DNA of 64,000 bases from Takakia lepidozioides (Eukaryota; Plantae; Bryophyta). Below the pieces are notes generated by a model that was not told the DNA's origin, searched no databases, and worked only from the letters and a program-made list of their open reading frames with translations. The position numbers were made by a program, and so were the translations under genes. The DNA is taken from assembly GCA_030704615.1 (NCBI GenBank), contig CM060732.1, forward strand, positions 59,334,001 through 59,398,000, given 5' to 3'. This document shows, piece by piece, positions 51,201 to 63,049 of this stretch; the stretch's first letter is position 1; each line of letters starts with the position of its first letter.

Positions 51201-54200
51201 TCAGACAATCTCATGGCAACAGACATGGCTGAGGACACTACAGCCTCTAAGTCAGATTTATCCAGCTTGATAACTCCAACCAGGCTAAGTCTCTAGAATC
51301 CATTCAAGTGGGGGTGCTTAAGGAGTGTATGTCAGCATGCTCCAAAACAGCCAATGTGGCTGTTCGGGGTGAGTTTGGCATTCCGTCCTTAAGCTCCCGA
51401 CGAGATGAATTCAAGGTCAGATGGTGGGGTCAGCTGCAACATATGCCCAACACCAGATATCCTAAGTTAATCGAATCTATATCTTGGAAACAGGACCGCC
51501 CTGTCAAACAGGCTAAGTCCTGGCAGAAGAGAGTAGAAGAGATCCTCAAGGACCTGGACCTGGATCCGCAAGTCTTCCGTACTCCAAGGCAGGTCTAATA
51601 ATGCGACAAAGCATGGTTTTCTTAACCTCAGAGTTGACCCCTCTGCAGTGGAAAAATTTAGTGAGCCCCAGAGCTTTGCCCTTGCCAGTTTGAACAACTT
51701 TCTGGATATGTGCATCCCAATTACAATTGGAGGAGAACTCAACGCCCAGGTAAGTGTAGGAAGGGAGGACCGGGATCTCTTGGCTACCCCACTGCCAATT
51801 AAGATCACTTCCTCCCTCTCCTCTGTCGTTGAATGCTACCACTGCACATTTGCTGACATTAGCCTCTAGCCCCCAAAGATCAAAGTATCTCTTCGCGCAA
51901 TCAATCAACTCCTGGAGATTGGTTGGAGTCTCCCCTATGCCTGCAAAGTCATCCGCAAACATAAGGGCTGGTATGGTGGTATCACCCACCCTTAACCCAA
52001 ATCCCTCACTTTCCACATCCTCGAGGAGTTGATTGATGAAAACATTGAAGAGCAGAGGGGAGAGAGTACATCCTTGAGCTACACCTTGGTCTATGTCAAA
52101 GAAGTTGGACTTCTGTCCGTTAACAGTGACACAGCTTTTGGTGTGAGCATACAAGTTGTGGACAACTCTCCACATCTTTCCCTTGATCCCACAAGACCAG
52201 AGGCGGAACCATAGGCCATCTCTCCACACCGTGTCATAAGCCTTTTTGACATCCAGGAAAAAGACATAAGTGGGTTTCCCTTCTTTTTTCCTTCCCTGGA
52301 TAATCTGGCTTAGAGTGAAGATATGATCCACACAGCCCCTGTTTCGCCGAAAGCCAGCTTGGCCTTCGTGGAAACAACCTCTAGACTCCAGATCAACCTC
52401 GAGACGAGTACTTATAACTCTGCAGAATGTCTTGCCAACAGCATTGAGGAGCGTGATGCCACGGTAGTTCCCCGGTTCTTCTCTGTCACCCTTCTTGTAT
52501 AGATTGACAATGACCCCCTGTCGCCAGCGAAAGGGGATCATTTCAGTCTTCCAGATAAGGTTAAAGAGGAGAACTAGGGCCTCTATCATGGGATCGCCAC
52601 CGTGCTTGATAAGCTCGTTGACAATACCATCAGGTCCACCAGCTTTATATCCAATTTAAATGTTCAATTGCTTCCACAATCTCAGAAGAACTAATGGGAG
52701 CATTATAAGCCATTGAAATATACTCCAGTTCATCAGGGCTGTTTTGAATCATAGGAACAGTTTTTCCAACTGTGTCCCTCCATTCAGCAGAAGACCCCTC
52801 ACTGTTAGACCTAGAAGTTCTGCCAAGGATACTGTAGTGAGTTTCAAAGGTTTTGACAATGTCAACCGATGAAGTCACCACTGCACCTTTAGTAGTCTTC
52901 AGCGCTTGTACTTGCTGACCGTTTTTCGGCTTGTACAAACGTTGAAGGGCCAACCAGAATTTCTTGTCATTACCACCATGGTGGTTTGAGTTTATTTCAC
53001 TGTATAACTTGTCCCAGTATAATTTCTTCTGAGACCTAACAAGCTGATTGATATCTTTACGGAGCTGGTAGTACCTCGCCCACAATTCTCTGTTGGTTTC
53101 CAAATTGCAGCACTCTTTATAGAGGGCTCGTCTCTCAGCTATCTTGAGTTTAATCTCATTAGTCCACCAATTAACTGCTCTACCGCAGACAATTAGTTTC
53201 CTCCCAATGATCTTGTCAGCCACGGAGGAAACGAAACTCTCCCAAGAGTCCACTGCTCTTTCGACTTCATTTCTTGCGTTAACAGAGCGTGACTGAAGTT
53301 CTTGGAGCGATTGGACAAAATGAGGGAGAGCCTCTTGCAAGGCCTGGACGTACTCAGCCTTGACCTCCTCATTGTGGAATTTTTCTATGCGCCACTTCCG
53401 AATCGAACGTTTCACAGATCTCTTGGTGGGGGAAAACACCTTTTGATCTCAGTCCAAACCAGGAAGTGGTCAGAGGTACCAATATCAGTTCTGTCGATCA
53501 ACACATTGGCACACTGGGGGAACAAAATTTTGTCCATTATGATATAGTCCACAATGGAACGTTCCCCAGTTTGGGATTTCTCACGAGTCCACTGCACTTG
53601 GTCACCTCTTGTCCTGTTATTCAAGGTCAAAAGCTGAAGCTCTTCTAGACAGTTAATTAACCGTCTGCCATTAGAATTCAGCTCGTCCTCACCAAAAGGT
53701 CCAATGATATCGTCCTGATGGATCCCTTTGCCCACCCGGGCATTGAAGTCCCCCAATAGTACCACCTGACCTTTGGCAAGGAACGAAGCACAGTCCAGCT
53801 TTACATCTTCGAAGGCCTTGTCTGCGTCAGCACTAAGGGTCCCCTCTGTGGGCATGTAAACACAACCAACAAAGAGGTCCTTTGTACTCATGCCGCCCTT
53901 CAATTCAGTTTTAGCCAGATACTATGCTCGTACCTCAAACCCTTGTTGATAATTTCACAATTGTCAAACAAGAAATCACGGACAAAGAATCCGACCCCTT
54001 TTTGACCGCGTTTGGCAGAGGCTGCCTTGAGAGTACACATCTTACCTGCCCATTTATAACCAATGACATCTCCAACCAGTTTATCCGACGTTTCCCATGT
54101 TTCTTGCCCAGCACAGATATGAATATCATTAGTCCGAAGAACTTGTCCCACTTCAAGTTGTTTCCTTTGGTTGGTCAACCCTGAGAAGTTGAAAGTGGCC

Positions 54201-57200
54201 AGCCGCAAGCCAGCCCTTTGCGTGTGAATTGTTTGTCGTCTAGGTAGCTTGTGATTGCTCCTGGACGGCCAACCGTTCTGCAAAGGGGGGACAGTTACCC
54301 CATGTGTAGATTTTGCTCGTCTTGTGTAAACTTTGAGAATTGGTAAACCATTCAGGGTACCAAATCTTTCAGTTACACGACGCACAGGCTCCGCACACAT
54401 AGGGGCAGATTGTCCGTCAGACTGCTTGGGGACAATTACCCCGTGTATAGATTTTGCTCGTCTTGTGTAGACTTTGAGGATTGGTAAACCATTTAGAGTA
54501 CCAAATCCTTCAGTTACACGACGTTCAGGCTCTGCACACTTAGGGACAGATTGTCCATCTGACGGCTTGGGGACAATTACCCCGTGTATAGAATTTGTTC
54601 GTCTTGTGTAAACCTTGAGGATTGGTAAACCATTCAGAGTACCAAATCCTTCAGATTCAGGACGTTCAGGTTCCGTACACTTAGGGGCATCTTGTTTCTG
54701 GCTGTTTGGATTCAACCTCATCCAGAGCATCAAACCGATTAGAAACTCTCAAGTTGAAGTTGTTGCCCTTGGTTGTCTTCCTAGAGCGCCCCATTGAATC
54801 ACCAATGTCTAAGACCGCTCTCCAGCCAGTCAAGGGACGAACTTCTTTGAGATTGAATTGATGCGGGACTCTATTAGAAGCACTTTTGGTCATTGCAACC
54901 TTCAACGTACCCCTGTTATCAAGTCTCGAGATGGTACCATTAGCCATGAAATCCAAGCCTAAGCTAGAGCATGTAGTTTTAAAGGACACATCGTCCATCC
55001 TGGGATTCACCCCAAAAACTACACATGAAGCCCTAGATTTGGCATAAGTAACCAATTCCCAGGGATCACCCTGAGGAGTGTTGATGTTGATAGGAGCTAA
55101 ATTTTTGATTGTTTTCGCAGGCCATAAGTTTAAGCACAGGAACCAACCCGAGCCCAAGTGCCGAGTTGCTAGACAGAGCATACGACTGCCCAATTTGGGC
55201 GGAGGGGCTGCCCCCAAGCGGTAGGAGTCCGCTTGTTACCATTCAGAGATCACACTCCAGGGAGTTGCAGGGAATGGCCCGTGTAGGCATATTCTAAAGA
55301 GGGAAAGGCCCCAAGCTTTCCAACTAAATCCAATGCACTACCTTACCTGAAGCAAAGCACTTCAGGTCGAAACAAACAAGGACACGAGGTCACAAGGCCG
55401 GCATTTAGTCACAGAGACATTAATGTACTCCCGTTTCAAGTCCACCCAATGTCAATAGGCTTCCTAGAGGACAGGGTGATAGAGAGAGAGAGAGAGAGAG
55501 AGAGGGAGGGAGAGGGAGAGGTTTGTCATAGACGTGCAGCCACAGACCCCAAGAGAGAGAGAGAATGTACTCATGCCATTCCCTGTGAACGTTGGCTTGT
55601 CATAGCCTTACAGCCATTGACCCCGCGGGAAACTAACCCTCCCAGAGATTTTTGAGGGGTTTGCACCCACCAGGGAGGGAGGAAGAGAGACAGATAGCGT
55701 ACCAAAACGGGGCGATATGAGTTAGCACGCAGAATGGTGTGTTCAATAGCCAGGGGACTATACTGACATCCACCGATGATATATGTAACCTAGTAACACA
55801 GAACAAGTCACATATTATGAATCAGAACCATTCATACTTAGTAGAACAGACACTTCGCACAAAAAAGTGTTTTGACAGAAGGGCACCTTGCTCATGAGCA
55901 ATACACGCTTGAAATGGCATTTTGGCACACCGTACACCAAATATGCCTGTGGGACATGCCAAGAAACAGAGTCCAAATTACTTCCATGGAGATATCTGTG
56001 CTAACTTTCAGCTTTAATAAGCCAATCAATCTCCTTCCAACATTTAGGGCGGGGAATTTCAATCATCTTAGATAAGAGACTAAGAACCCTCCTATGACAT
56101 CACAGAACAGCCTCGACCAAATGATCTAGGCCACAAAGACGGTAATCCAATCAACCGGAAGCGTTTTTTCAGAGCCCGCTATCTGAAGACGCTTCCTCCT
56201 TTTCCTTCTTACAATCCTTTCACCTCAACCCCTTGCAAGAGATAACAAAAATTCCCCAAAATTAAGTGACATTACATGTAGCAGGAGTGATTTGTAGATA
56301 TTGATCCAAAAAGCCAGGCGCTGCTCATGATTCATCTGTTTCGGCTCCACATGCCTCAACCCCTTCACGAGTGCCCTGATTTATGCCAGAGCAGATGCAT
56401 GTTAGGTTGGGAAGTCTAAACATGACCATCAGACACATCAAAGTTCTTGTGCTCAGTACACGCTGGATCTTACCACGCATCTTTCCACACATTGATATTT
56501 GTGGAACGAGAAACAACATAGCTTGTCACATGAACCTGGAGGAGATGTACTCATTGACAGGTTTCTGTAACCCTCGCATGTGACTACCCTTGAGTGGCAT
56601 AATAGCATGGGCCGATTTTGCAGGAGCCTGTGCTGGGGTTTTACCCATCAGGAACTGAAACGTCATAGAACTGTGAAGCCCATGACAATCCAATTACAGG
56701 TTGTGCGTGGTTATTTAAGGCCGTTGGAAATCATGATGTTGACTTCCAGCAATGCTACTGTAGCCCTCTACATAATAAAAATGTGACAAATGTTGTTTTG
56801 AAGAACAAAGTGGGCAAAGAATAAGTGAACATGAAGGAAAGATGAAGTGAACGGACAGATGGACCATTGATACTGGATGCCGGAACCTGTAATGACAGAA
56901 TTACATTTGCAGAAAGAAACTTGGACTGGACCAGCAGACTGATTGGGATCAATTGGATGCTTGGCCACATTGCCTGGCATTTTGAGGGAATTGAGGTGGG
57001 GCAAACAACAACACAACTTTGCTCAGTTTAGAGACCTCCATTCATCCACAACACTCACCTTAATTGCCTATGCAACACACTATGTTCCTTCAAGTTTTCC
57101 TCTGTGGGAAGCAACGTCACTTCCAAACTAGTGGCATAACGTCCAATTTCCCAGGTGCTGTTGCCTTCTCTGATCCCATATGGATCAAGGGCCACATCCT

Positions 57201-57728
57201 CCCCTATATTCTCCAGCATCATGTCAAAAACTGATGGATGCTGCAATGGGAAGGTAATACAAAGTCTTAGCTTTGTAACACCACTTGTGAAAAACCTATG
57301 GAACAAATAAAGCAAGCATCTCATATATAACACAATATCTAGTTCCCCTTCTGAGCAGACCAGCGAAAGATGGGGTGTTGGAAACAAAATGGACCCAACA
57401 AGATCTACAACCATCATATCTATTGAAAAGCTTCACATTCTTTCTAACCTACAGCAATGCAAGCTTCACAATCAACTCCTTCCACAGAACCTATGGATGC
57501 TGAGAAAAATACCTGAGAGGAATGGCAACTTATTTTCCTCTTCGAGTATCCCAAATCTTGTGATGAGACACGCGACCATGAAGTCGAACAGAGAGACTCG
57601 GCAGAATGTTCATAGAGAGAGGATACTGTTTGGACCAGTTCTTCAGACAACTTATTTGGACGGGTGGTGAACAGCCTTATATTTGGGCCTGAGATGGAAG
57701 ATGCCAATGAAGCTGGTTCCGGTGATTC
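48292..57728 (-). CDS. DUF547 / ternary complex factor MIP1-like protein (3' exons; probable start further upstream, candidate ATG 61383)
   Basis: Phase-compatible exons 57728-57513 (PNKLSEELV), 57240-57059 (DPYG..IGRY), 56375-56276 (LAFWINIY), 55946-55887 (AYLVYGVP), 55789-55703 (YIIGG..IEHTILR), 48836-48717 (EPLVTFALCCGSRSSP) and 48588-48292 (PKILH..DF...PYDWSFRYLF*). 5' exons not resolved. Confidence 0.82.
49385..50035 (-). mobile_element. LINE-B 3' fragment, minus strand, intronic
   Basis: Close homologue of 45470-46075, with an (AAATG)n tail at ~49386-49405. Confidence 0.85.
50052..50595 (-). mobile_element. Older, diverged LINE-A 3' fragment anchored in (GA)n
   Basis: GAGAGA-ATGTACTCATAAGA start and a degenerate zinc-finger region. 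Confidence 0.8.
50631..55479 (-). mobile_element. Apparently full-length LINE-A (~4.85 kb, single ORF: N-terminal domain, 47-aa repeats, APE, RT, Zn finger), inactive
   Basis: APE motifs ATFNFSG, GQETW, VYMP, GDFNARVG, IVDYI and SDH. RT motifs NYRGITLL, QAGFR, FLDVKKAYDTV, QGCTLSP and FADD. Both ends abut TAGAGAGA.../(GA)n. Frameshifts at ~54690, 53900, 53430 and 52645, and an internal inversion at 51267-51576. Confidence 0.92.
54290..54690 (-). repeat. 141-bp (47-aa) coding tandem repeat x3 in LINE-A (also 58480-58880 on +)
   Basis: Unit PKCAEPERRVTEGFGTLNGLPILKVYTRRAKSIHGVIVPKQSDGQSV. In the plus-strand copy the units start at 58480, 58621 and 58762. Confidence 0.92.
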
Positions 57729-57880
57729 CTACAAACAGAATCATATCTATCAATCAGAGGTCTGTGCTTCTTTGAGTGCATCAGTTCAGCAATCAACTTC
57801 TCCTGGGAACATGTCCCAATCTGTCCAGTTCAAGTTTTGTCATGGTCTCCAACCTGTTTCTCTCTCTCTCCCTCTCTCTC

Positions 57881-59112
57881 TGGGCACGGGGTCAATGGCC
57901 ACAAAGCTACGGCAAACAACGTCTTATGAATACATTCTCTCTCTCTACCAACGTCAGCCCCTGACAGAGGTAGGTTCTGTCCCTTTTGTTCCCGCTCAAA
58001 CTGGGCGCGGGGTCAATGGCCACAAGGCTACGGCAAACAACGTCTTATATGTACAATCTCTCTCTACCGGGTTTAGGGTTTAGGGTTTAGGGTATGAATA
58101 CATTCTCTCTCTTTTTACTTATGCCAAATCTAGGGCTTCATGTGTAGTTTTTGGGGTGAATCCCAGGATGGACGATGTGTCCTTTAAAACTACATGCTCT
58201 AGCTTAGGCTTGGATTTCATGGCTAATGGTTCCATCTCGAGACTTGATAACAGGGGTACGTTGAAGGTTGCAATGACCAAAAGTGCTTCTAATAGAGTCC
58301 CACATCAATTCAATCTCAAAGAAGTTCGCCCCTTGACTGGCTGGAGAGCGGTCTTAGACATTGGTGATTCAATGGGGCGCTCTAGGAAGACAACCAAGGG
58401 CAAGGACTTCAACTTGAGAGTTTCTAATCGGTTTGATGCTCTGAATGAGGTTGAATCCAAACAGCCAGAAGGACAAGATGCCCCTAAGTGTACAGAACCT
58501 GAACGTCCTGAATCTGAAGGATTTGGTACTCTGAATGGTTTACCAATCCTCAAGGTTTACACAAGACGAACAAATTCTATACACGGGGTAATTGTCCCCA
58601 AGCCGTCAGATGGACAATCTGTCCCTAAGTGTGCAGAGCCTGAACGTCGTGTAACTGAAGGATTTGGTACTCTAAATGGTTTACCAATCCTCAAAGTCTA
58701 CACAAGACGAGCAAAATCTACACACAGGGTAATTGTCCCCAAGCAGTCTGACGGACAATATACCCCTAAGTGTGCGGAGCCTGTGCGTCGTGTAACTGAA
58801 GGATTTGGTACCCTGAATGGTTTACCAATTCTCAAAGTTTACACAAGCCGAGCAAAATCTACACATGGGGTAACTGTCCCCCCTTTGCAGAACGGTTGGC
58901 CGTCCAGGAGCAATTCGCAGGCCTAGGGGATACCCCATCCAAATTCCAAGAGCTATTGATTGTGCAAAGAGGTTCTTTGACCTGTGCAGGCTAGAAGTTA
59001 ACGTTAGGAAGCAGTGGTGGCATTCAACAACCGTGGGGAGGGGATTTCAAATGGAAATGGGATGAGGAAGAGATCCCTGTACTCCCTTCCTACACATATC
59101 TTGGTGTTGAGC
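57881..59112 (+). mobile_element. Composite LINE-A cluster: two 3' ends, telomeric tract, young 5'-region fragment (~58117-58914) fused to an old RT fragment
   Basis: Direct matches to segments of 50631-55479. ORF 58156-58926 is open across the N-terminal domain and the repeats. Confidence 0.85.
58069..58093 (+). repeat. Interstitial plant telomeric tract GGG(TTTAGGG)3T
   Basis: GGGTTTAGGGTTTAGGGTTTAGGGT between LINE-A tail sequences. Confidence 0.9.
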
Positions 59113-60379
59113 TTTAATCATGGCTAAGTTTTTGGTAACACCACTCAAGAATTGCCTAATCCTGTCATGCAGGTAGGGTTTTTTGCCTAGAACGGAATGG
59201 GATATTGGAAAACGGATTAGGATTCTTCCTAGGTCCTGACCTAAAGCAGCTGTCAGAAAAGAGGCTGCCCTCTAAAGTTAGAAGCCCTGGCTGCTCTTCT
59301 CATTTGGAAGAGCGGGCAGGAGCTGAAGGAGCAGTCACCTCAGTGCTGACCTATGGTTCAAGCAAGGTAATCACTTAGTTTCAAGTGCTGCTCAGTATGA
59401 CAACACAGGGCCGAGTGCTGTTGTAACAGCATAAGCAATGCTTTTCTTTGCTTTGTTGATGTACTGTTGCAAGAGATATTACCACTCTCCCACCCACGTA
59501 TGCTGTCTTTTCTGTCTTGCAATCCAGAATGTCTCCTAGCTGAAGTGGACATGGGTAACAACTGTCAAGCCGTTTAAGCCTGCAATTCTATGCAAATCAC
59601 TAATCTCTTGGTTGGTGGGTGTGCATGATGGGGCCAGGTGAGGTTGCTTCACTTGCTTTAGAGGGTAGACATGCTTGGATTGTGAATAGGAAAGAAAGGG
59701 CATAAGGGAAGTCTTCTTATTGCCTCATACTTGGTGTGGACTGGTGTTGAGACTAAAAACTTAGTGGCAGCCTTGCCATATGTTGATCCTTTTGAAATAG
59801 GTAATGGCTTGTCACAGTGACCTCCTAGGGGCTCAAGTATGCCCACATGGAGCGTTTTGATTTGCAGAACTGCTCCACTAAATGCTATGGCTTTCTCATA
59901 GCTGCAGTTTTGACTTCTACATAGCTTCTACTAAAAATATTCTAGTATGAATGAATCTATGTGGGAGTCTACTCTACTTGCGGAAACTAGGAAGGATGTT
60001 AAAGTCAAAGCCTTGCTTGCATATGATGATACCTTATGTAAGCAATTGCAAGATTTGTATGCATGCATATTTGCAAATCTCAGTTTGGCAGGACTTCTGA
60101 GGTTTCTATGTAAATGCTTAAGTCTACATTGAAGGAGCTCGACCATGACCAGATGTATGATGTCGTTAAACAAAACAGGACTAGATCCAAATGATCTAGG
60201 ACTGGACAAGACGTGACATGACTAAATCAAAATCTCGCCTCCCCCCTCTCAGCTTACCTCCATCAGGAAATTCGTCTTTGGCCTCATATGGTGTTGTCTG
60301 ACACTGTCCCGTGGCACCATGTGGTTGTGTGGTTTCTTGTCTCTCACAGATGTTATAATTTCCCTTTTCTTTCTATAAG

Positions 60380-60450
60380 CTTCCCATGGAGGTTATAAGT
60401 TTCTTTCTTCCTTTCCGCAGACGTTATAAAGCACTATTTCATTTCATTTC
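60380..60450 (+). mobile_element. Very short LINE-B 3' end
   Basis: GACGTTATAAAGCACTATTTCATTTCATTTC matches the LINE-B terminus. Confidence 0.6.
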
Positions 60451-63049
60451 CTTTGTCTCTCGCACACTCTTCTTTTAAGTCATCCATGTCATTTTGTGGG
60501 GTTTGGGTAGCACCGTAGTGACGTTTTTGTGGAACAAGGTAGGGTGAGAAGGTAAGAAGTTCTGGATAAGGAGAGGAGGACCAACCTGGACCTGGTCAAT
60601 CTCAAAGCCAGACTCAAGAGAGGCGTTGAGTGCACCATAGCTACTTCGACTAGATTGCAGTCTCACCAATATGCTTCTCTCCCTAAGAAGGCTTCCACCA
60701 TCTTTGGCCAATCTATCCTCCTGCAGGTCAACAGTAACATTAGCTCATGAGTCCAAGCATGGTTGATGAACTCCAAAAGACATAACCCTTCCAAAGGCAC
60801 TCGTGACTTGGAAAGTGCAGCATGTCCCACGTTCTCAATGGTGAAGGAAGAAAAGTGACATCATGCTCTTGAGGGCACAATAACCTCCCAACCCTCCAGA
60901 AGCAAGTTATGGTATTAAGTTCAGCATGGTATAGAACTCAGCCCTCTATCACCATAGCTCACATCGAGAGGAGACCAAAATGGTAAAAGGGGATGGATGT
61001 TGCTTTATACAATCACATCGACATCATTCTTGAGAGCATAATGCCAATGCCAAAACTGCTACCACAGATTCTACCCGATAAAAATTGTTACACAATTTCT
61101 TTTGGTTGCACCATCCCTCACACTACCACACGGCATCTCCATCTCACAACGGGAATGGGGAAAGGTTGGGGTAAACTGGCTGTACCTGTTTGGTGGGAAA
61201 ACCCTTTCTGTCATGTCCATTCTCAGACAGCGGAGGGCGCTGCGTATGTGCAGGGACAGATTTGATCTTAGAAAGACTTTTGTTTGTCGAAGAAACAGTC
61301 GACCCAAGGTCTCCCACCACATATTTATCTCTAGCAACAATTTCTCCTAAACTGGGAGCCCCGTCGAGTGACACGGAATCCATGGATACTAAGATACTCT
61401 GAGTTGCATGGCCCTTAAGGCGTGCCGTGACATGAAACTACATCACACCATTGAAACAAGTGTTAAAATCTCTCCATTGTGGATTTATAACGATAGCACA
61501 AATTGAGTGCTCTTTCACTTTGATTTCCTGGTTTGGGGGTGAAGGAAAGGAAAACACCCTAAACTAAATCAAAACCTTGATCGCAACTTTGGCCAGCCAA
61601 GAAATGTTGTGGACAAGGCAAGGTCATTTGTCCCTTTCCCTCTCTCGCTCTCAGTTGTGGTATGTTCCACTGTTTGAGCAAACCTTCTGTAATGATAGTG
61701 GCCCCCCTTGTATCCCTTAGCCCATTTGCCTTCTATCCCTACCTGTTCAAGCTTACCTCAGAAAAGCAGATTTGACAGAAGAACTCATTGCAAGTTTTGC
61801 AGAGAAGTGATGGTGACTGTGTGGCCTTGCCACGACCAGCACACACTGCACATCTACCCCACCCAACCGTAGGAGTTAGCATAGTTCAAAGGCACTGGTT
61901 CTTCAACTAACCAATTCAACCTTCAAGCTCGGAAAATGGTTTCAAGTATGAAAGCATGAGCTACAATCATCTCTGTTGGTATCTCTGTATTTCAGTAGTA
62001 TTACACCAATTTAAACAAATTAGTGAATTGTTTGTCTGATTGAGGAGAACTCAATGAAATTGCTTGCATATCTACAAGGTAAGTACACAATTGAATGCAT
62101 CTCTTGATGTGCATAGATTTCAATGATAGTCAAGAGATATTTCTACATGCCATGGAGGATATCACTGTACCTATCAGGAATATCTGAGGGCTGACAGCCC
62201 AGCTGAAGTGTTTCCACCCCTGCTTTTGCCACATAAAACATAATTATCACTTTCTTGTCAACCCTCTGCAAAGATTACGTTCAATCTAAGTTCATGCTGG
62301 GTCTTCCTTGCATTGCTGTCATACGCAAGTCTTCCTTACAAATAGCTCAAGAGTAAAACAAAATTTATAACGTTCATCGGGGCGGGGGGGGGCCAAGGTC
62401 CATATACAAAGTCGAACAACAAGAAAACCACATCCAAAGAGGAAACTAATAAGATACCACCCCACAGAACATGTAAGATATGCAGTCAGACAAGGTTATA
62501 TCCAGTGAGAGTTGGCAGGAGCAACCTGGCAGTTGATCAATGCCAAATTGATCCAAATCTTGAATGGTGCACTCCATCTACACCCAAACAGCTCTAATTA
62601 GTTATGACTGCACGCACATTGCAGGTTGATTCCAGCCAGGTCAGGTCATCTCTTCGAGACTCCCAAGATACGGCTTAGTTAAAGTACATATCGCTACCAT
62701 AAGACAAGGTCATTAAAGAAAGAGGTCACAACAAAGTGACGAACCCAAGGTTACACACAGCTGAACAAACATCAGGATTACCTCAGCCTCAAAAAACTCC
62801 ACTTCCATGTCACTGGTTTCACTGTCGTCAGTACCTCTGGAAGAATACTCTCCATTCTCTATTACAAGCTCTCGGCCATTATTGGGTTCAATTAGAGGCA
62901 GATGCTTGACTGTCGCCCTCAGCTTTTGGCGCCCCTCCATTTCCCGGGTGCATATCTGGCTTCCCGATGTCAAAGCACACGACAAACATCACTTACAAGT
63001 AGGGATGCATACCGTTCTCATATAACAGACAAGTGCAAGGAGAGAGGAA

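Noticed and set aside
59490-62990. Exact 5' exons of the DUF547 gene (candidates 61383-61186, 60720-60586 and others)
   Set aside because: Splice signals are plausible, but there are no conserved motifs to fix frame and order, so they were not included in the CDS call.
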